Origin: a plasmid
Sequence record: NZ_CP084013.1
Length of the DNA stretch: 64,000 nucleotides
Strand: one strand, 5' to 3'
Shown here in pieces: positions 9,315 to 19,701 of this stretch (the stretch's first letter is position 1; each line of letters begins with the position of its first letter). Under the pieces are notes generated by a model. It did not search any database. It was not told where the DNA came from and saw only the letters and a program-made list of their open reading frames with translations. A program made the position numbers and the translations under genes.

Positions 9315-12300
9315 ATGCCACGAGGAAACTTCTACCGTCCAGAAAGCTTTATAAGCCCGGCCAGCGAATACGGGCTGCTCCGTTCTGCCACGCCGGATCG
9401 CACCGTATGGCTGTACGCGCGCATCCCCTGGAGCACTGCATTGCTGGATGGAGCCAACGACCGGAAACGCAACGATGCCGCGCAACAGCTGATGGCGTTC
9501 TTCGACGGCCTCGCCAATCAGGTCACGGTTGCCGGTATGCGCTACCGTTACATGCTTCAAAGCGAATATCGCGAATTCCATCTACTCACCGGATCCATGC
9601 CCGTCCGATACAGTCCGCCGGCCAGCATGAGGGACACCGACCTCGGACGATACCAGGCGCAGTACTACCGTAGCCAGAAGGTATGCAAGCAGTTCGCGGT
9701 CATCGGCGTTCCTTTGAAACTGGTCGGGGATCATAGCAACAATCGCAAGCCCGGCATGCTGCAACGCGCCCTGACATGGTACGACCGCATGTGCTATTCG
9801 GTGGCAAACGGATGCCCAATGTTCGAAGAGTATCTGCCAGACGCGCATAATATCGAACGAATCATGCTCAACGCCGGGCTGGAACCATTCACCATCATGG
9901 ATGAGCAGGAACGCGAACAGCTGGTCGCCATGATGGAATCATGGTGGGTGGGGCGCGCCAACTCGTCGGCCCTGCCTATCCTGGCGGAGAACGCACACGT
10001 GCATTTCTTCCCGGATAACGCGACCTGCGCCCACGCCAAAAACCTGTACGACAATGGCGTGGACTGCACCGAGTGGAATATCGACGAAGAATACCCGGCC
10101 AGCATCTGCTTCGCACGCACGGCGGATTTCAACCAAAGCAGCATCACGGATCCAAACAACCTGTGGATTGCTAGACTCATGGAAGTCGGACGAGCCGGCG
10201 GAGCCAATGCGGTCGCCACAAGCATCCGAGGCAAAGTCGAACCGGCGAAAGTCACCGCCGACCAGATTCGACGCAACAGCCGCACCATCGACGAAAGCAT
10301 TAAGGAACGGTACGAGAAAGGCCATGAAGCCCCCGGTGATATGACCGAAATCAAGGAGCGTTTGGATTATAAGAAGGCAATCTACAATACTCCGGACATG
10401 CCGCCCAGCATCATTGATCTGAGCGTCGCCACCTGCGTGGCGGGCAACGAGCAGATGGCCATCGACGCTTTGGGGTGTATCCCCAACATCGAGTTCGTCA
10501 ATCTGACGACGGCTAGCGAACAGTTGATGGCGTTCAAAAGCATGCAGGCCTGTTCGAACGTACGCATGACCCCCTATGAGATCCACTGGGCCGCAACATG
10601 CGTCGCGGGAGGAGGCGTGAGCAGTTTCGCCAAAGCAGGCGACAGGGACGGAGCTCTTGTCGGATTGTCCGAAGCCAACAGGCAACCGGTGTATATCGGG
10701 ACAACAACCGTGCAGGACAAGGACAGGCGTCCAATTTTGGCTATTATCGGAGATACAGGAAGCGGGAAGGCCGTTCACATTTCCTCCACAATTCCGGTTC
10801 CCCCTCAGGCTAGCTTCCCCCATGGAAAAATGGCTAAGATCAGCGATTTGCATGAGGGAGACCTCGTCTACGGGCGGGACGGAAAACCTTATCCACTCCT
10901 CAAGCTTCATCCGATTCACACGGAAGATCTTTACGAAGTCACCCTCAGTGACGGTCAAACGATAAAAGCCAGCGGGAACCACCAGTGGATCGTCTCCGAT
11001 TTCAAAGATCGAAACAAATTCAGAAAACCAAAACATTTGAAATCCCAACAGCGTAAGAACATGCTGTCGGAGACATACGATGAGCTATGTCGGATGTCTG
11101 ATGCGCTACCGGCCCAATCAACCATGAGCGTGAACGAGCTTGCAGAGTTTGTCCATCCAGTAACGAGTCGTTGGTGGAGCGGAGAGAGCAATGCCAAGAC
11201 CATTGCCGCAGCGCTGCGATTTATGGGAGTTGAATCTCATCAAGAACAGCGAGACCGCGCGATAGCGGATACAAAAAAACCTTTTAAGACTCGGCAGAAC
11301 TGTAGGCGCTATAACACGCAGGAAGCTCTTCGGGCTTTGATTGCACATTATGATGGCGTGGCGCAGCATGCGAAAAGATGGAACGATCTCGCCAGGGAGC
11401 GTGCGGATGTCCTAAGAAAGCATTTGGAAGATAACTATCCGAAGGGCATCAGCATCACTGACATACAGAAGATGCTCGAGGATCGTTCACCAAGCCGTTC
11501 CTCTATCGCATCTGTCATAAAAACGCTCAATCCAATCAGTGAGTGGGATACGGAAGAACGAATTCACTCCGACAGAATGCGTCATGATTCGGTATCCGTA
11601 TACAACGTTCGAGAAGCATGCAGAGCCATAGGGCAACGCATGATGCTTCGTTATGAGGGGGCCTTCAACGAGACCAATTCCCTTGGATATTGTGAACAGG
11701 TTGTGACTACGCGAGACATGCTTGCGTCTGGTCTAAAGGATTCAGGCAATCGTGCGCAATGGGCAATCCGAGCCGCGATGCCTGTTGCCAACCCGCAAGC
11801 CGACCTGCCACTTGACCCATGGGTTTTAGGGGCTTGGTTAGCCGACGGTAGTATCGGCACTGGAATCATCGCTTCAGATAACAGGAATGGTGATTTGCAG
11901 CATGTGAAGTCCTGTCTCACCTCTGCGGGATTTTCTCTAGGAAGCATCAATACGCCGATGGTCGTGAATGTGAAGGGGCTTGTCTCCATTCTTCGCGATA
12001 TGGGGATACTCCGCGAAAAACGCATTCCTGAGATCTACTTCTCGGCGAGCATCGAGCAAAGACTCTCCCTCGTGCAGGGGTTGCTGGATCAGGATGGGAC
12101 CATCTCCTCAAATGGGAATATAGAGTTCACCCAGTCCGCCGATCATCTGCCGATTGTCCGAGGAATGGTGCGCCTGCTGAGATCTCTGGGAATCGTCGTT
12201 CACGAACCCCATCTCAACAAAGCAGGATACACGGCTGATGGTGTGCGTCACGAGGCTCAGGATCGTTATCGCATCACCTTCACGACGGATCTGCCGGTAT

Positions 12301-13634
12301 TCTCTTTGCAACGCAAAGCGGCTTTAATCCCTACGACGTTGAGACAAACCCAGCAATGGCTATACGTCAAAGACATCAGGAAGATATCCAACGCGCCTCA
12401 TCGTTGTCTGACCGTTGGAAGCCCTGACCATTCGTTCCTCATCGCTGATTACGTGCCGACCCATAATACGATGGCGGCGTTCAGCCTGTTTCTGCAATGG
12501 TCGAAGATTGACGCGCGTGACGGTAAAGGCAAGACCCCGTGCATTTACATTAATCCGAAGGCCGGTAATGATTTGGAGGATGCGACCCGTTCGCAGGGTG
12601 GTACGGTCATCCGGTTGGATTCCGATGTGGCCAACGGCACGTTCGACCCGTTCAACGTGATTCCGAATGTGGAGGAGGCCAAGGAAATCGCCGTCCTGAT
12701 GATGACGAACATTCTTGGCGGTGACACAAAGATGGAATCCGCCATGACAGCCATGCTGGATTACGGCGTCAAACACGGGGCGCGTTACGTAGGCCGGGCT
12801 CTGCTTGTCGCCGCCCAAGCTGTTGCGAAGACCATCAAAGCGGGGAACACGGCGGAGTCCATTGGGTTGCCTTCCAACACCCTCGAGGTGTTTTCGACAA
12901 TCAGCATGAACCTGAAGGCGAACCAGGGACTACGTCTTATCTTCGGCACCGATAATGACACCAAGCCGTTGACGATCAGCCAAAACCTGACCCTCATCAA
13001 TGCCGGAGACCGTTCACTCATCCCCGAAGGCCAAGATGATTCCATGACCGCTCGCATCCGCCAGTGGACGTTGCGAATGGTCGTCATGGGAGCCGGCACC
13101 GCCGTTCGAGGCCGCGATGGCATGGTAGGTGTCGATGAGGCATGGGTGTTCATGGGCAAGGACAAGGGAGCTTCCCGAACCTTCGAACAATGGGTGCGTA
13201 TGGCCCGTTCGCAACGATTCACGCCTGTCATCATCAGCCAGAAAGTGCAGGAGTTCATCGATGCCGACTTGACCGGAGGTATCAGCCGCGCCCTCCTTCT
13301 GGCGTTGGACAACCCGGAAGAAGCCAATGGCACGGTCAGTCCGGCCAAATCAGCGGAACGACTCCTAGGCATCGAAGACCCCAATGGTCGGATCTTGCAG
13401 CGCATGGGAGCCGATGATACTTTGGACAACGGTCAGCCGAACCCGAACAGTCTGAAGCGCCTGGTAAGCGCATCGACGAGGAAGACCGTTCGCGGAGCCG
13501 TCGCCTATTTCAAAGACGGGTCCAAGCAGCCTATTCCAGTGGAAATCGTGATTCCTCCGGCATTGTTGAAGGAAATCAGCACCACTGCCACGGACAAGAT
13601 CGCACGAGAACAACGAAAGAACAAGGAGCAGTGA
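9315..13634 (+). CDS. VirB4/TraE-like conjugative ATPase interrupted by an intein
   Basis: Walker A GDTGSGK|...|T is split by the insertion; Walker B VDEAWVFMG downstream; the first ATG after the upstream terminator is taken as start (the ORF track opens at a TTG at 9213). Confidence 0.75.
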   Translation: MPRGNFYRPESFISPASEYGLLRSATPDRTVWLYARIPWSTALLDGANDRKRNDAAQQLMAFFDGLANQVTVAGMRYRYMLQSEYREFHLLTGSMPVRYSPPASMRDTDLGRYQAQYYRSQKVCKQFAVIGVPLKLVGDHSNNRKPGMLQRALTWYDRMCYSVANGCPMFEEYLPDAHNIERIMLNAGLEPFTIMDEQEREQLVAMMESWWVGRANSSALPILAENAHVHFFPDNATCAHAKNLYDNGVDCTEWNIDEEYPASICFARTADFNQSSITDPNNLWIARLMEVGRAGGANAVATSIRGKVEPAKVTADQIRRNSRTIDESIKERYEKGHEAPGDMTEIKERLDYKKAIYNTPDMPPSIIDLSVATCVAGNEQMAIDALGCIPNIEFVNLTTASEQLMAFKSMQACSNVRMTPYEIHWAATCVAGGGVSSFAKAGDRDGALVGLSEANRQPVYIGTTTVQDKDRRPILAIIGDTGSGKAVHISSTIPVPPQASFPHGKMAKISDLHEGDLVYGRDGKPYPLLKLHPIHTEDLYEVTLSDGQTIKASGNHQWIVSDFKDRNKFRKPKHLKSQQRKNMLSETYDELCRMSDALPAQSTMSVNELAEFVHPVTSRWWSGESNAKTIAAALRFMGVESHQEQRDRAIADTKKPFKTRQNCRRYNTQEALRALIAHYDGVAQHAKRWNDLARERADVLRKHLEDNYPKGISITDIQKMLEDRSPSRSSIASVIKTLNPISEWDTEERIHSDRMRHDSVSVYNVREACRAIGQRMMLRYEGAFNETNSLGYCEQVVTTRDMLASGLKDSGNRAQWAIRAAMPVANPQADLPLDPWVLGAWLADGSIGTGIIASDNRNGDLQHVKSCLTSAGFSLGSINTPMVVNVKGLVSILRDMGILREKRIPEIYFSASIEQRLSLVQGLLDQDGTISSNGNIEFTQSADHLPIVRGMVRLLRSLGIVVHEPHLNKAGYTADGVRHEAQDRYRITFTTDLPVFSLQRKAALIPTTLRQTQQWLYVKDIRKISNAPHRCLTVGSPDHSFLIADYVPTHNTMAAFSLFLQWSKIDARDGKGKTPCIYINPKAGNDLEDATRSQGGTVIRLDSDVANGTFDPFNVIPNVEEAKEIAVLMMTNILGGDTKMESAMTAMLDYGVKHGARYVGRALLVAAQAVAKTIKAGNTAESIGLPSNTLEVFSTISMNLKANQGLRLIFGTDNDTKPLTISQNLTLINAGDRSLIPEGQDDSMTARIRQWTLRMVVMGAGTAVRGRDGMVGVDEAWVFMGKDKGASRTFEQWVRMARSQRFTPVIISQKVQEFIDADLTGGISRALLLALDNPEEANGTVSPAKSAERLLGIEDPNGRILQRMGADDTLDNGQPNPNSLKRLVSASTRKTVRGAVAYFKDGSKQPIPVEIVIPPALLKEISTTATDKIAREQRKNKEQ
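10770..12467 (+). other. intein (566 aa) with LAGLIDADG homing-endonuclease domain inside the VirB4 P-loop
   Basis: N-extein ends GSGK and the C-extein resumes TMAAFSLF, restoring GxxGxGKT; the insert ends ...ADYVPTHN before +1 Thr; two LAGLIDADG blocks (LGAWLADGSIG, LVQGLLDQDGTIS); Hint-like N-terminal block DLVYGRDG. Confidence 0.75.
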
Positions 13635-13640
13635 CCCCTT

Positions 13641-14402
13641 ATGGGATACAAAGACATATTCGATGACTCATTTTCCACACCGGCTTCCGACAAGTCGGAG
13701 GAATCATCTGCCGTTACCCCTTTGACCCCGGAGCCGGAGGAACAGCAGCAGTCGAAACCATTGCTGTTCCCTGGTTTCGGTAGCGGACGTCCTCTCCTAT
13801 TGGAACGCCCCAGCAGATATATCCAACGTCTCAGCGATACCGCATCCAAAGTGTATGCGGTACCTGACGGAGACCCATACGGAGGAGTGGAAAACCGTAT
13901 CCTGTACTCCCCCGTGATCAGCCTCCCCGTATTTCTGCTTCAGGGGAATGAGCTGTTCGCGAATCATGACGTGCTCAAGTATCCTTTGCTGAATCCTCCA
14001 CTGAATCACGCTTGGGATGGAAGCGACATCAGCGTGTACATGCTCACCATCATCGCCGCATATACTTCAGCGGGCATCCTGCATGAGGATGTAGACGGTG
14101 ATGTGCTTGCGTACGATGTCGAATATCCCCTCTCCGTTGCAGACGAGCTTTGGAATGCGGCATCCGATTGGGCTTCCGAAGCGGCTCCGCTGTTGAAGGA
14201 TCTGAACACCGCACGGCTTTTGGGATTCGCGTTGAAGAGTCCCAACGAGGAAACCGATGCTTTGAGGGCTTTGTTTGAATCATGGGATGAGAATCGTTCT
14301 TCAGGTGAGATCATCGAGGCGGGGAAACATGCCGCGAATCTTCTTCGAGACGATTACAACGTGTTCGTCGACGTGGAATTCCGACCATTCCAAGAACGGT
14401 AA
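13641..14402 (+). CDS. hypothetical acidic protein
   Basis: ORF followed by the hairpin aaagtcggtaaa/tttaccgacttt. Confidence 0.45.
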   Translation: MGYKDIFDDSFSTPASDKSEESSAVTPLTPEPEEQQQSKPLLFPGFGSGRPLLLERPSRYIQRLSDTASKVYAVPDGDPYGGVENRILYSPVISLPVFLLQGNELFANHDVLKYPLLNPPLNHAWDGSDISVYMLTIIAAYTSAGILHEDVDGDVLAYDVEYPLSVADELWNAASDWASEAAPLLKDLNTARLLGFALKSPNEETDALRALFESWDENRSSGEIIEAGKHAANLLRDDYNVFVDVEFRPFQER

Positions 14403-14467
14403 TTCACCGAATCATTCAAAGTCGGTAAATTTTTACCGACTTTTGCCTTCCGTAAGGGGGTCATCCT

Positions 14468-15769
14468 TTGAAAACCAGTACAAAACTCATGGCTGCGGGA
14501 GCCGCATTGCTGGTGGGGTTGAACGGTCTTATCGTCATGAACGTGGTGAGTGCCGTTTCCGGCAGTGTCGCGGCCCTTACCAGCAACGTCGGAAAGTCAT
14601 TATCAGCCGCAGAATATGATTGCGGCACCTCATCAGATGATGATTCGACAACCGGGACCACATCGATAGCCCCCAACAAGGTCGCGGTGGCCATAGCCGA
14701 GGCATTCGCCAAAGCCGGGTATTCGAAAGCCAGCACGGCAGGCGCTCTTGGTGTGATCCAATTCGAATCTGGGATGAATCCGGAACAGGAGCAGATAGGA
14801 GAGACCAATCCCGCATTGCGTGGCTTCGGTCTGAATCAGTGGACACCGCGCAGCAAAATCCAAGCATGGATGGATCAGCATAACGTGTCTGGCAAAGACT
14901 CTGATGCCGACGTGCAGATAAAAATGCTGGTTGACACGTCCGAATCCGATTGGAACAACTTCTATCTGGATAACATCGAGGCCGAAGGGTACAACGTCAC
15001 CGACCATGACCTGCACAAATGGTGGCTGCATGCGGATAATCCGGAGGACGCCTCAATCGCATGGCTTGCCGGGTATGGGCGCGGAGCGTGGAACGATCGG
15101 CATGAAGAGGAACGTAAGAAATATGCGCGCTCCTACTATGATTCACCGGAGATTAGTGCGATCGAGTTCACTGGGAAGGCAAGCGACGATTCCCGTGGTT
15201 CCGACAATGTCGTTCAAGCTTCCTGCTCATCCGACGACGATGGTGATGGAGGCAGTGCCGTCGTAGGTTCTGTGGGCGGGGCTCCTATAGGCAAAACCCG
15301 TAATTTTGGCTGGCTGTGCGATACGGATGCAAAAGTGTGTCACGACGGGGACTACGGACCATTCACTTCCTTCGCCAGCGGCGGACATTACCAGTGCTAC
15401 TGGTATGCACTTGTCAGACTATGGGTGATTCACCATCATGACGTGGCAAACTGGAACACCCCCGTGGGTGGTGACGTCCATGTGCATCTCGCCTCCGACC
15501 CTGCATACACAGTCGATTCCAGTCCACACCCGGGGGATGGCGTCAGTCAGTTCGGCGGTGCTTTGGGAGGTGATATGAGCTCCGGGCATATCGCCGTGGT
15601 CGAAGAAGTCAAGCAGGACGCAAACGGATGGAGAATCCGAATCAGCGAGGGAAACTACGGCACGAACGGAAGCGGCCCATGGGAGGGGTACAACAGTCGC
15701 TGGCTCACGCAAAAGCAGTTCGATGGCGCCGGCAACGTGTTCTTCCGGAAGAAAAGCTGGAAGAACTAG
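14468..15769 (+). CDS. secreted peptidoglycan hydrolase with C-terminal CHAP domain (VirB1-like role)
   Basis: N-terminal signal/TM; CHAP Cys (QCYWYAL) and His (GHIAVVEEV); lysozyme-like central region. Confidence 0.7.
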   Translation: MKTSTKLMAAGAALLVGLNGLIVMNVVSAVSGSVAALTSNVGKSLSAAEYDCGTSSDDDSTTGTTSIAPNKVAVAIAEAFAKAGYSKASTAGALGVIQFESGMNPEQEQIGETNPALRGFGLNQWTPRSKIQAWMDQHNVSGKDSDADVQIKMLVDTSESDWNNFYLDNIEAEGYNVTDHDLHKWWLHADNPEDASIAWLAGYGRGAWNDRHEEERKKYARSYYDSPEISAIEFTGKASDDSRGSDNVVQASCSSDDDGDGGSAVVGSVGGAPIGKTRNFGWLCDTDAKVCHDGDYGPFTSFASGGHYQCYWYALVRLWVIHHHDVANWNTPVGGDVHVHLASDPAYTVDSSPHPGDGVSQFGGALGGDMSSGHIAVVEEVKQDANGWRIRISEGNYGTNGSGPWEGYNSRWLTQKQFDGAGNVFFRKKSWKN

Positions 15770-16743
15770 CCGCAGTATCCCGGATTCTGGCAGCCTCCTC
15801 CAACCGATGCCATGGGAATGCTATCCCAAAGATGCCAGTCAACCTTGCCATCCAAGTCCGACTGCGTGACAGGTCCCTTAAGGATGGGCGTCATGCTGGA
15901 ATGGGCGAGGCCCATCTCGGGATCGCCTTTCACTGGGATGGCTATTCTGGTTCCCTCGCTCAAATCGTCGGCCATGTTATTGTCCCAGCGTGTCAGCCAA
16001 GGATTAATCCACCAAGGGTTGTCGCCGTTGATGTTCATGCCGCTGATTTTCCCGTTTGCGATGGTGAGTTCATCGTTGATGTCGTAGTCTCTCCAAGCTG
16101 GAGTCAATGCCCAGATGCTCCCATTGTTGAAGGAATCACCGTCCTGCAAAAGCATGGATTCGACCTTTCCTGTGACCGTGACCGTTCGGTCTTCGTTGAC
16201 CGTCACGTGAGGTCCGTCCGTCCACCGGCTGCCGGTCGCCAACGCCTCACTGTTCCACCATGCTTTCATTGTCGGATACGCTTTACAAGCGTTTTCATAT
16301 TCCTCTTCGCATGGATAGCTGACGGCATCAGGCCCATCGTTCTTATCCGCTGGGATAGCGCTCAGAGCGGGTAGAGGATTGCTTCCGATGTCCGGTGTCC
16401 GCAACTGGTCGATTACCTGTTGAGCATCATGTTGGCTGAGTGAGTCCAAATTGATCGTGGGGTCACTCCCCCAGTTGCGGGCTGCCTGTTCGAATTGGAT
16501 GGCCAGATCCGTGTACTGTTGTTTCTCCTCATCGGTCAGCTGATTTGCGGCAGCCTCAGCGGCTTTCTTGCGTTCCTCCGACTTATGTTTTTTCAACTGT
16601 TGGGCCTGCACCTGCTGGCGTTCCTCAGCGGTGACTTTTTTACGCCACGTACTCCAAGCCAGGATGCCAGCGACGAGAACCACCACTGTAATAACACTGG
16701 CGAGTATTTTCATAGGCCTGCTGAATGTTCCGTGCATCCTCAA
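15766..16743 (-). CDS. membrane-anchored secreted protein with coiled-coil segment
   Basis: N-terminal TM, Lys/Glu/Gln-rich coiled coil, Cys-rich C-terminus GGGCQNPGYCG. Confidence 0.45.
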   Translation of the reverse strand: MRMHGTFSRPMKILASVITVVVLVAGILAWSTWRKKVTAEERQQVQAQQLKKHKSEERKKAAEAAANQLTDEEKQQYTDLAIQFEQAARNWGSDPTINLDSLSQHDAQQVIDQLRTPDIGSNPLPALSAIPADKNDGPDAVSYPCEEEYENACKAYPTMKAWWNSEALATGSRWTDGPHVTVNEDRTVTVTGKVESMLLQDGDSFNNGSIWALTPAWRDYDINDELTIANGKISGMNINGDNPWWINPWLTRWDNNMADDLSEGTRIAIPVKGDPEMGLAHSSMTPILKGPVTQSDLDGKVDWHLWDSIPMASVGGGCQNPGYCG

Positions 16744-16862
16744 CTCCTAATCCAAAAAAAACGTGTGGTTCCAGCGTATCCTTCCCAGAAAAGCGAATGC
16801 CTCCGATTATCCGAATCGGAGGCATTCTGTCCACTGAGAGATAGTTTTTTTCGGGCGAAGGA

Positions 16863-17330
16863 TCAATCAACCTTCGAATTCTTGTTTTCCTTGATCTCCT
16901 CAAGCTTGACGTACACGTTCAAACCCAGGTTGTACAAGGCCGGCAATGCGAAGATAAGAACACACAGGACACCAGCCCACCGATACTCCAAGCCCCAGGC
17001 CGTGAAGAAGAACGCAGGAATCGGGATGAGAACAATCAGTTCGATGATCATTTGGACGATCAACGGGAGCGCAGATTCCAACATCCTCTCGCTGACGAAG
17101 AACCAGATAACGGCTTGTACTGCGAAAGCCGCAAACAGGATGATGAGCATGACCCCAACGGTCACCAGATCAGCGATCCCAGTGGAAGTCGCATAGTTGA
17201 ACACGTTCACGAACATGCCGCCCATGTCGCTGCTGAAGAACATTCCCATCAACAGGACTATCACCAATCCCAGAACGAGAAGAAAAAGTCCAATCATTGC
17301 CAGCAAGGTAAGCATTGCGACCACCTCCAA
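16863..17330 (-). CDS. polytopic small membrane protein
   Basis: four hydrophobic helices; terminator hairpin downstream at 16797-16830 on the minus strand. Confidence 0.4.
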   Translation of the reverse strand: MEVVAMLTLLAMIGLFLLVLGLVIVLLMGMFFSSDMGGMFVNVFNYATSTGIADLVTVGVMLIILFAAFAVQAVIWFFVSERMLESALPLIVQMIIELIVLIPIPAFFFTAWGLEYRWAGVLCVLIFALPALYNLGLNVYVKLEEIKENKNSKVD

Positions 17331-17440
17331 TCCATGCTCAGCGTTCTGTTATATGCAGTTGCATTGCTTCGTTTGCCTGACCTTATTCTGTGACAGAATT
17401 CATCGACAAGCAAATCAACACCAGCAGTGGCCGCATTGTC

Positions 17441-18751
17441 CTATCTGGATGGTTTGCGCCGCCAATAGTCATGCACCGGATGCCCATCACGATCGTGGGA
17501 GACGACATGCACCATGCCATTGTCGGGAAGGACGAAGCGTTGAGGACTTGGCATGCCACTGTTCGCGACACGAATCTTGTCCAACAGCTTGGCCTGCAGT
17601 TCCGGGGCCAGATCCATATACGCAGTATGCGCATTCAACCGGACCAAGTCGCTGATGCGGATAGCCTCGTCTCGTGCAGTGTCGGAATCGAATCCACAAT
17701 AATCAGCCAACCTCGCATAATGGTCCGGCGTCACTTCACTGGCATGCTCCGCTCCTGAGAATGGCATCGCGAGCTTGTCCGTCAACCCCGGCCATACAGT
17801 CGTGGTCATCACATCGTATGCTGGGCTTAGTTTCCAGGACTCACCATCCAGCGAAGTAGGCATGACTGAATAGTTACGGGCATGCGCATCGCAATTATCG
17901 ACAGCCACGTTGAAGGCCAATCGTCGCAGCCACTCCTCCCCCAGTCTGCCGGACGGATCCATCTTCCGTAGGGTGGTCAGCGTATCGACGGCACTCACCT
18001 TGTACTTCTCGGATGATGGTAGGCCCAATGCCTGCACCATATCCTCCATCGGCAGACGAACCGGCATACCATTTTCGATACGACGATCGAACCGTTCCAC
18101 GATATAGGTCTGCTGGCCGTTGAATTCCTGGATATCCGACTCCGGGGTTTCGATGCCGACCATCTTGGAAAGCATCATGGTCGCATGTTCTACTTCATCA
18201 GCGTCATAAATGCCGGCCGGTTTAAGAATATGAGTCGACGGAACGGCGCCATTGGGCCACACCCATTCATCGCCTACACGGGACAAGGAGAATTTGCCTT
18301 GAGCTCCTGCCAAGGAAAATCTGGCACCTTTGTTCCTGACGAACCATGAATCAGGCGTCCGTTTGACGGCGGCAATACGTGTCGCGATTTCGTCATCGGT
18401 TGCTTCTGCAGGAGGCACACTGGCAATAGTCGGCATCTCATCGTTCCGAGAGAACACCAGCGCACCAGCTGAATCCACGTTTTCCAGCAAGTCGAAGGAT
18501 TCCTGAGATTTCGCGCCGACTGCCTGCATCATGGCATACTTGGCGGCACCTGATTCCGGGAGTAAATTTTCTAGAAAATTCTCCGGTGCATCCTCGCGCC
18601 ACTCTCCATCTTTCGGGAGGCTGAAACTTATCCGTGGAGCATTCCAATCATACTCAAACGCGACTCCTCGTTTGAGAGAGGTGAACACGCCAACGTGGGA
18701 GCCGTTCATCCAGACGTTTAGCCGATCACCTTTTCTCATGCCACCACGCAT
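17441..18751 (-). CDS. hipA: HipA-family Ser/Thr kinase toxin
   Basis: HipA N-terminal region followed by the catalytic motif VDNCDAHARNYS and SPAYDV. Confidence 0.75.
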   Translation of the reverse strand: MRGGMRKGDRLNVWMNGSHVGVFTSLKRGVAFEYDWNAPRISFSLPKDGEWREDAPENFLENLLPESGAAKYAMMQAVGAKSQESFDLLENVDSAGALVFSRNDEMPTIASVPPAEATDDEIATRIAAVKRTPDSWFVRNKGARFSLAGAQGKFSLSRVGDEWVWPNGAVPSTHILKPAGIYDADEVEHATMMLSKMVGIETPESDIQEFNGQQTYIVERFDRRIENGMPVRLPMEDMVQALGLPSSEKYKVSAVDTLTTLRKMDPSGRLGEEWLRRLAFNVAVDNCDAHARNYSVMPTSLDGESWKLSPAYDVMTTTVWPGLTDKLAMPFSGAEHASEVTPDHYARLADYCGFDSDTARDEAIRISDLVRLNAHTAYMDLAPELQAKLLDKIRVANSGMPSPQRFVLPDNGMVHVVSHDRDGHPVHDYWRRKPSR

Positions 18752-19032
18752 TCCGCAGGCAAGGCAGTGGCATCCACTCCAAGAACCTTCATTATCCGTC
18801 GAGTCGGAAGATATGGTGCAACGCCGGTGTCAATCAGCCGTTGCACCACGCTTGAATCGACTCGTGCTTTCTCGGCCACTTCATCGACGGTACGGTGCTG
18901 CATGAACTCGGCCATGACCCTGCGCATACGTTCCGGTGATTCGATGAATCTCACGTTGCTGGCGGTTTTCGGCATGGCCTGCTTGATGCGCTGACGGTAC
19001 TCGTCGCTAACCTGCCATTTCTCGTATATCAT
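18736..19032 (-). CDS. hipB: HipB-like HTH (XRE) antitoxin
   Basis: HTH TVDEVAEKARVDSSVVQRLIDTG; overlaps the hipA start by 16 nt. Confidence 0.55.
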   Translation of the reverse strand: MIYEKWQVSDEYRQRIKQAMPKTASNVRFIESPERMRRVMAEFMQHRTVDEVAEKARVDSSVVQRLIDTGVAPYLPTRRIMKVLGVDATALPAECVVA

Positions 19033-19040
19033 TTTTTTGC

Positions 19041-19322
19041 CTATGCATTAGTAAGGTGTCTGCGAATGTATTCGCTACGACTGATGTGGTACCGCTTCGC
19101 GGCGGCAGTGACCTGTTCGAGCTGGCTTTCGGGCATCTTTATGGTGACGGTGACCATGCGCTCGTCCCGTTTCGGCAGCATGTGGAGACCGTAGTAGATA
19201 GGGCCGGTGATACCGTGGCCGGCGTCCTCGCTTTCCATTCGTTCCACGTCACTGCTGACCTGCTCCTCGGTCATTCCGAATTTCTCCAGCAGTTCCTTGT
19301 CTCGTTCGTTGAAATCGCTCAT
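19041..19322 (-). CDS. BrnA-like ribbon-helix-helix antitoxin
   Basis: C-terminal RHH VTVTIKMPESQLEQVTAAAKRYHISRSEYIRRHL; start overlaps the upstream toxin stop. Confidence 0.5.
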   Translation of the reverse strand: MSDFNERDKELLEKFGMTEEQVSSDVERMESEDAGHGITGPIYYGLHMLPKRDERMVTVTIKMPESQLEQVTAAAKRYHISRSEYIRRHLTNA

Positions 19323-19588
19323 CGTTCACCTCTTTTGCCTTCCAGCTGATTAATTTCCTTTAGTGTTTTCTTCGTCGGAGGTGTCATCACGTGGTAGATC
19401 AGTACGCTGTCGTTCAACTGCTTGTAGACCATCTCCACGTCACGGCCATGTCCGTCAAGACCTATTGCCACCCAAGTGCCATCCGCCCTACGCGCGTCTT
19501 TCATGACACTTCGAAAGGCCGTCAGCACGTCCTCTGATGTCAGCTCCGGATGCCGTTCATGCACGCGCGACAGCACGTAGATTTTCAA
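19319..19588 (-). CDS. BrnT-like (DUF497) ribonuclease toxin; true start probably the internal TTG after a GGAGG RBS
   Basis: WVAIGLDGHGRDVEMVY...IYHVMTPPTKK resembles the BrnT core; the ORF-track N-terminal extension (to 19681) is hydrophobic and implausible. Confidence 0.45.
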   Translation of the reverse strand: MKIYVLSRVHERHPELTSEDVLTAFRSVMKDARRADGTWVAIGLDGHGRDVEMVYKQLNDSVLIYHVMTPPTKKTLKEINQLEGKRGER

Positions 19589-19701
19589 AAAGCAACCTCC
19601 ACTCCTCTTGACGAAACTATTATAACACGCAGGTAATACCAATAGAATACCGCAGAAATGATACATGCCAGCAGAAGCCACAAAAAAACCGAGCCGCCTA
19701 A

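Noticed and set aside
19589-19681. N-terminal 31 residues of the BrnT-like ORF
   Set aside because: Hydrophobic and Cys-rich with no RBS. An internal TTG follows a GGAGG. My coordinate for that TTG is uncertain by about 1 nt.
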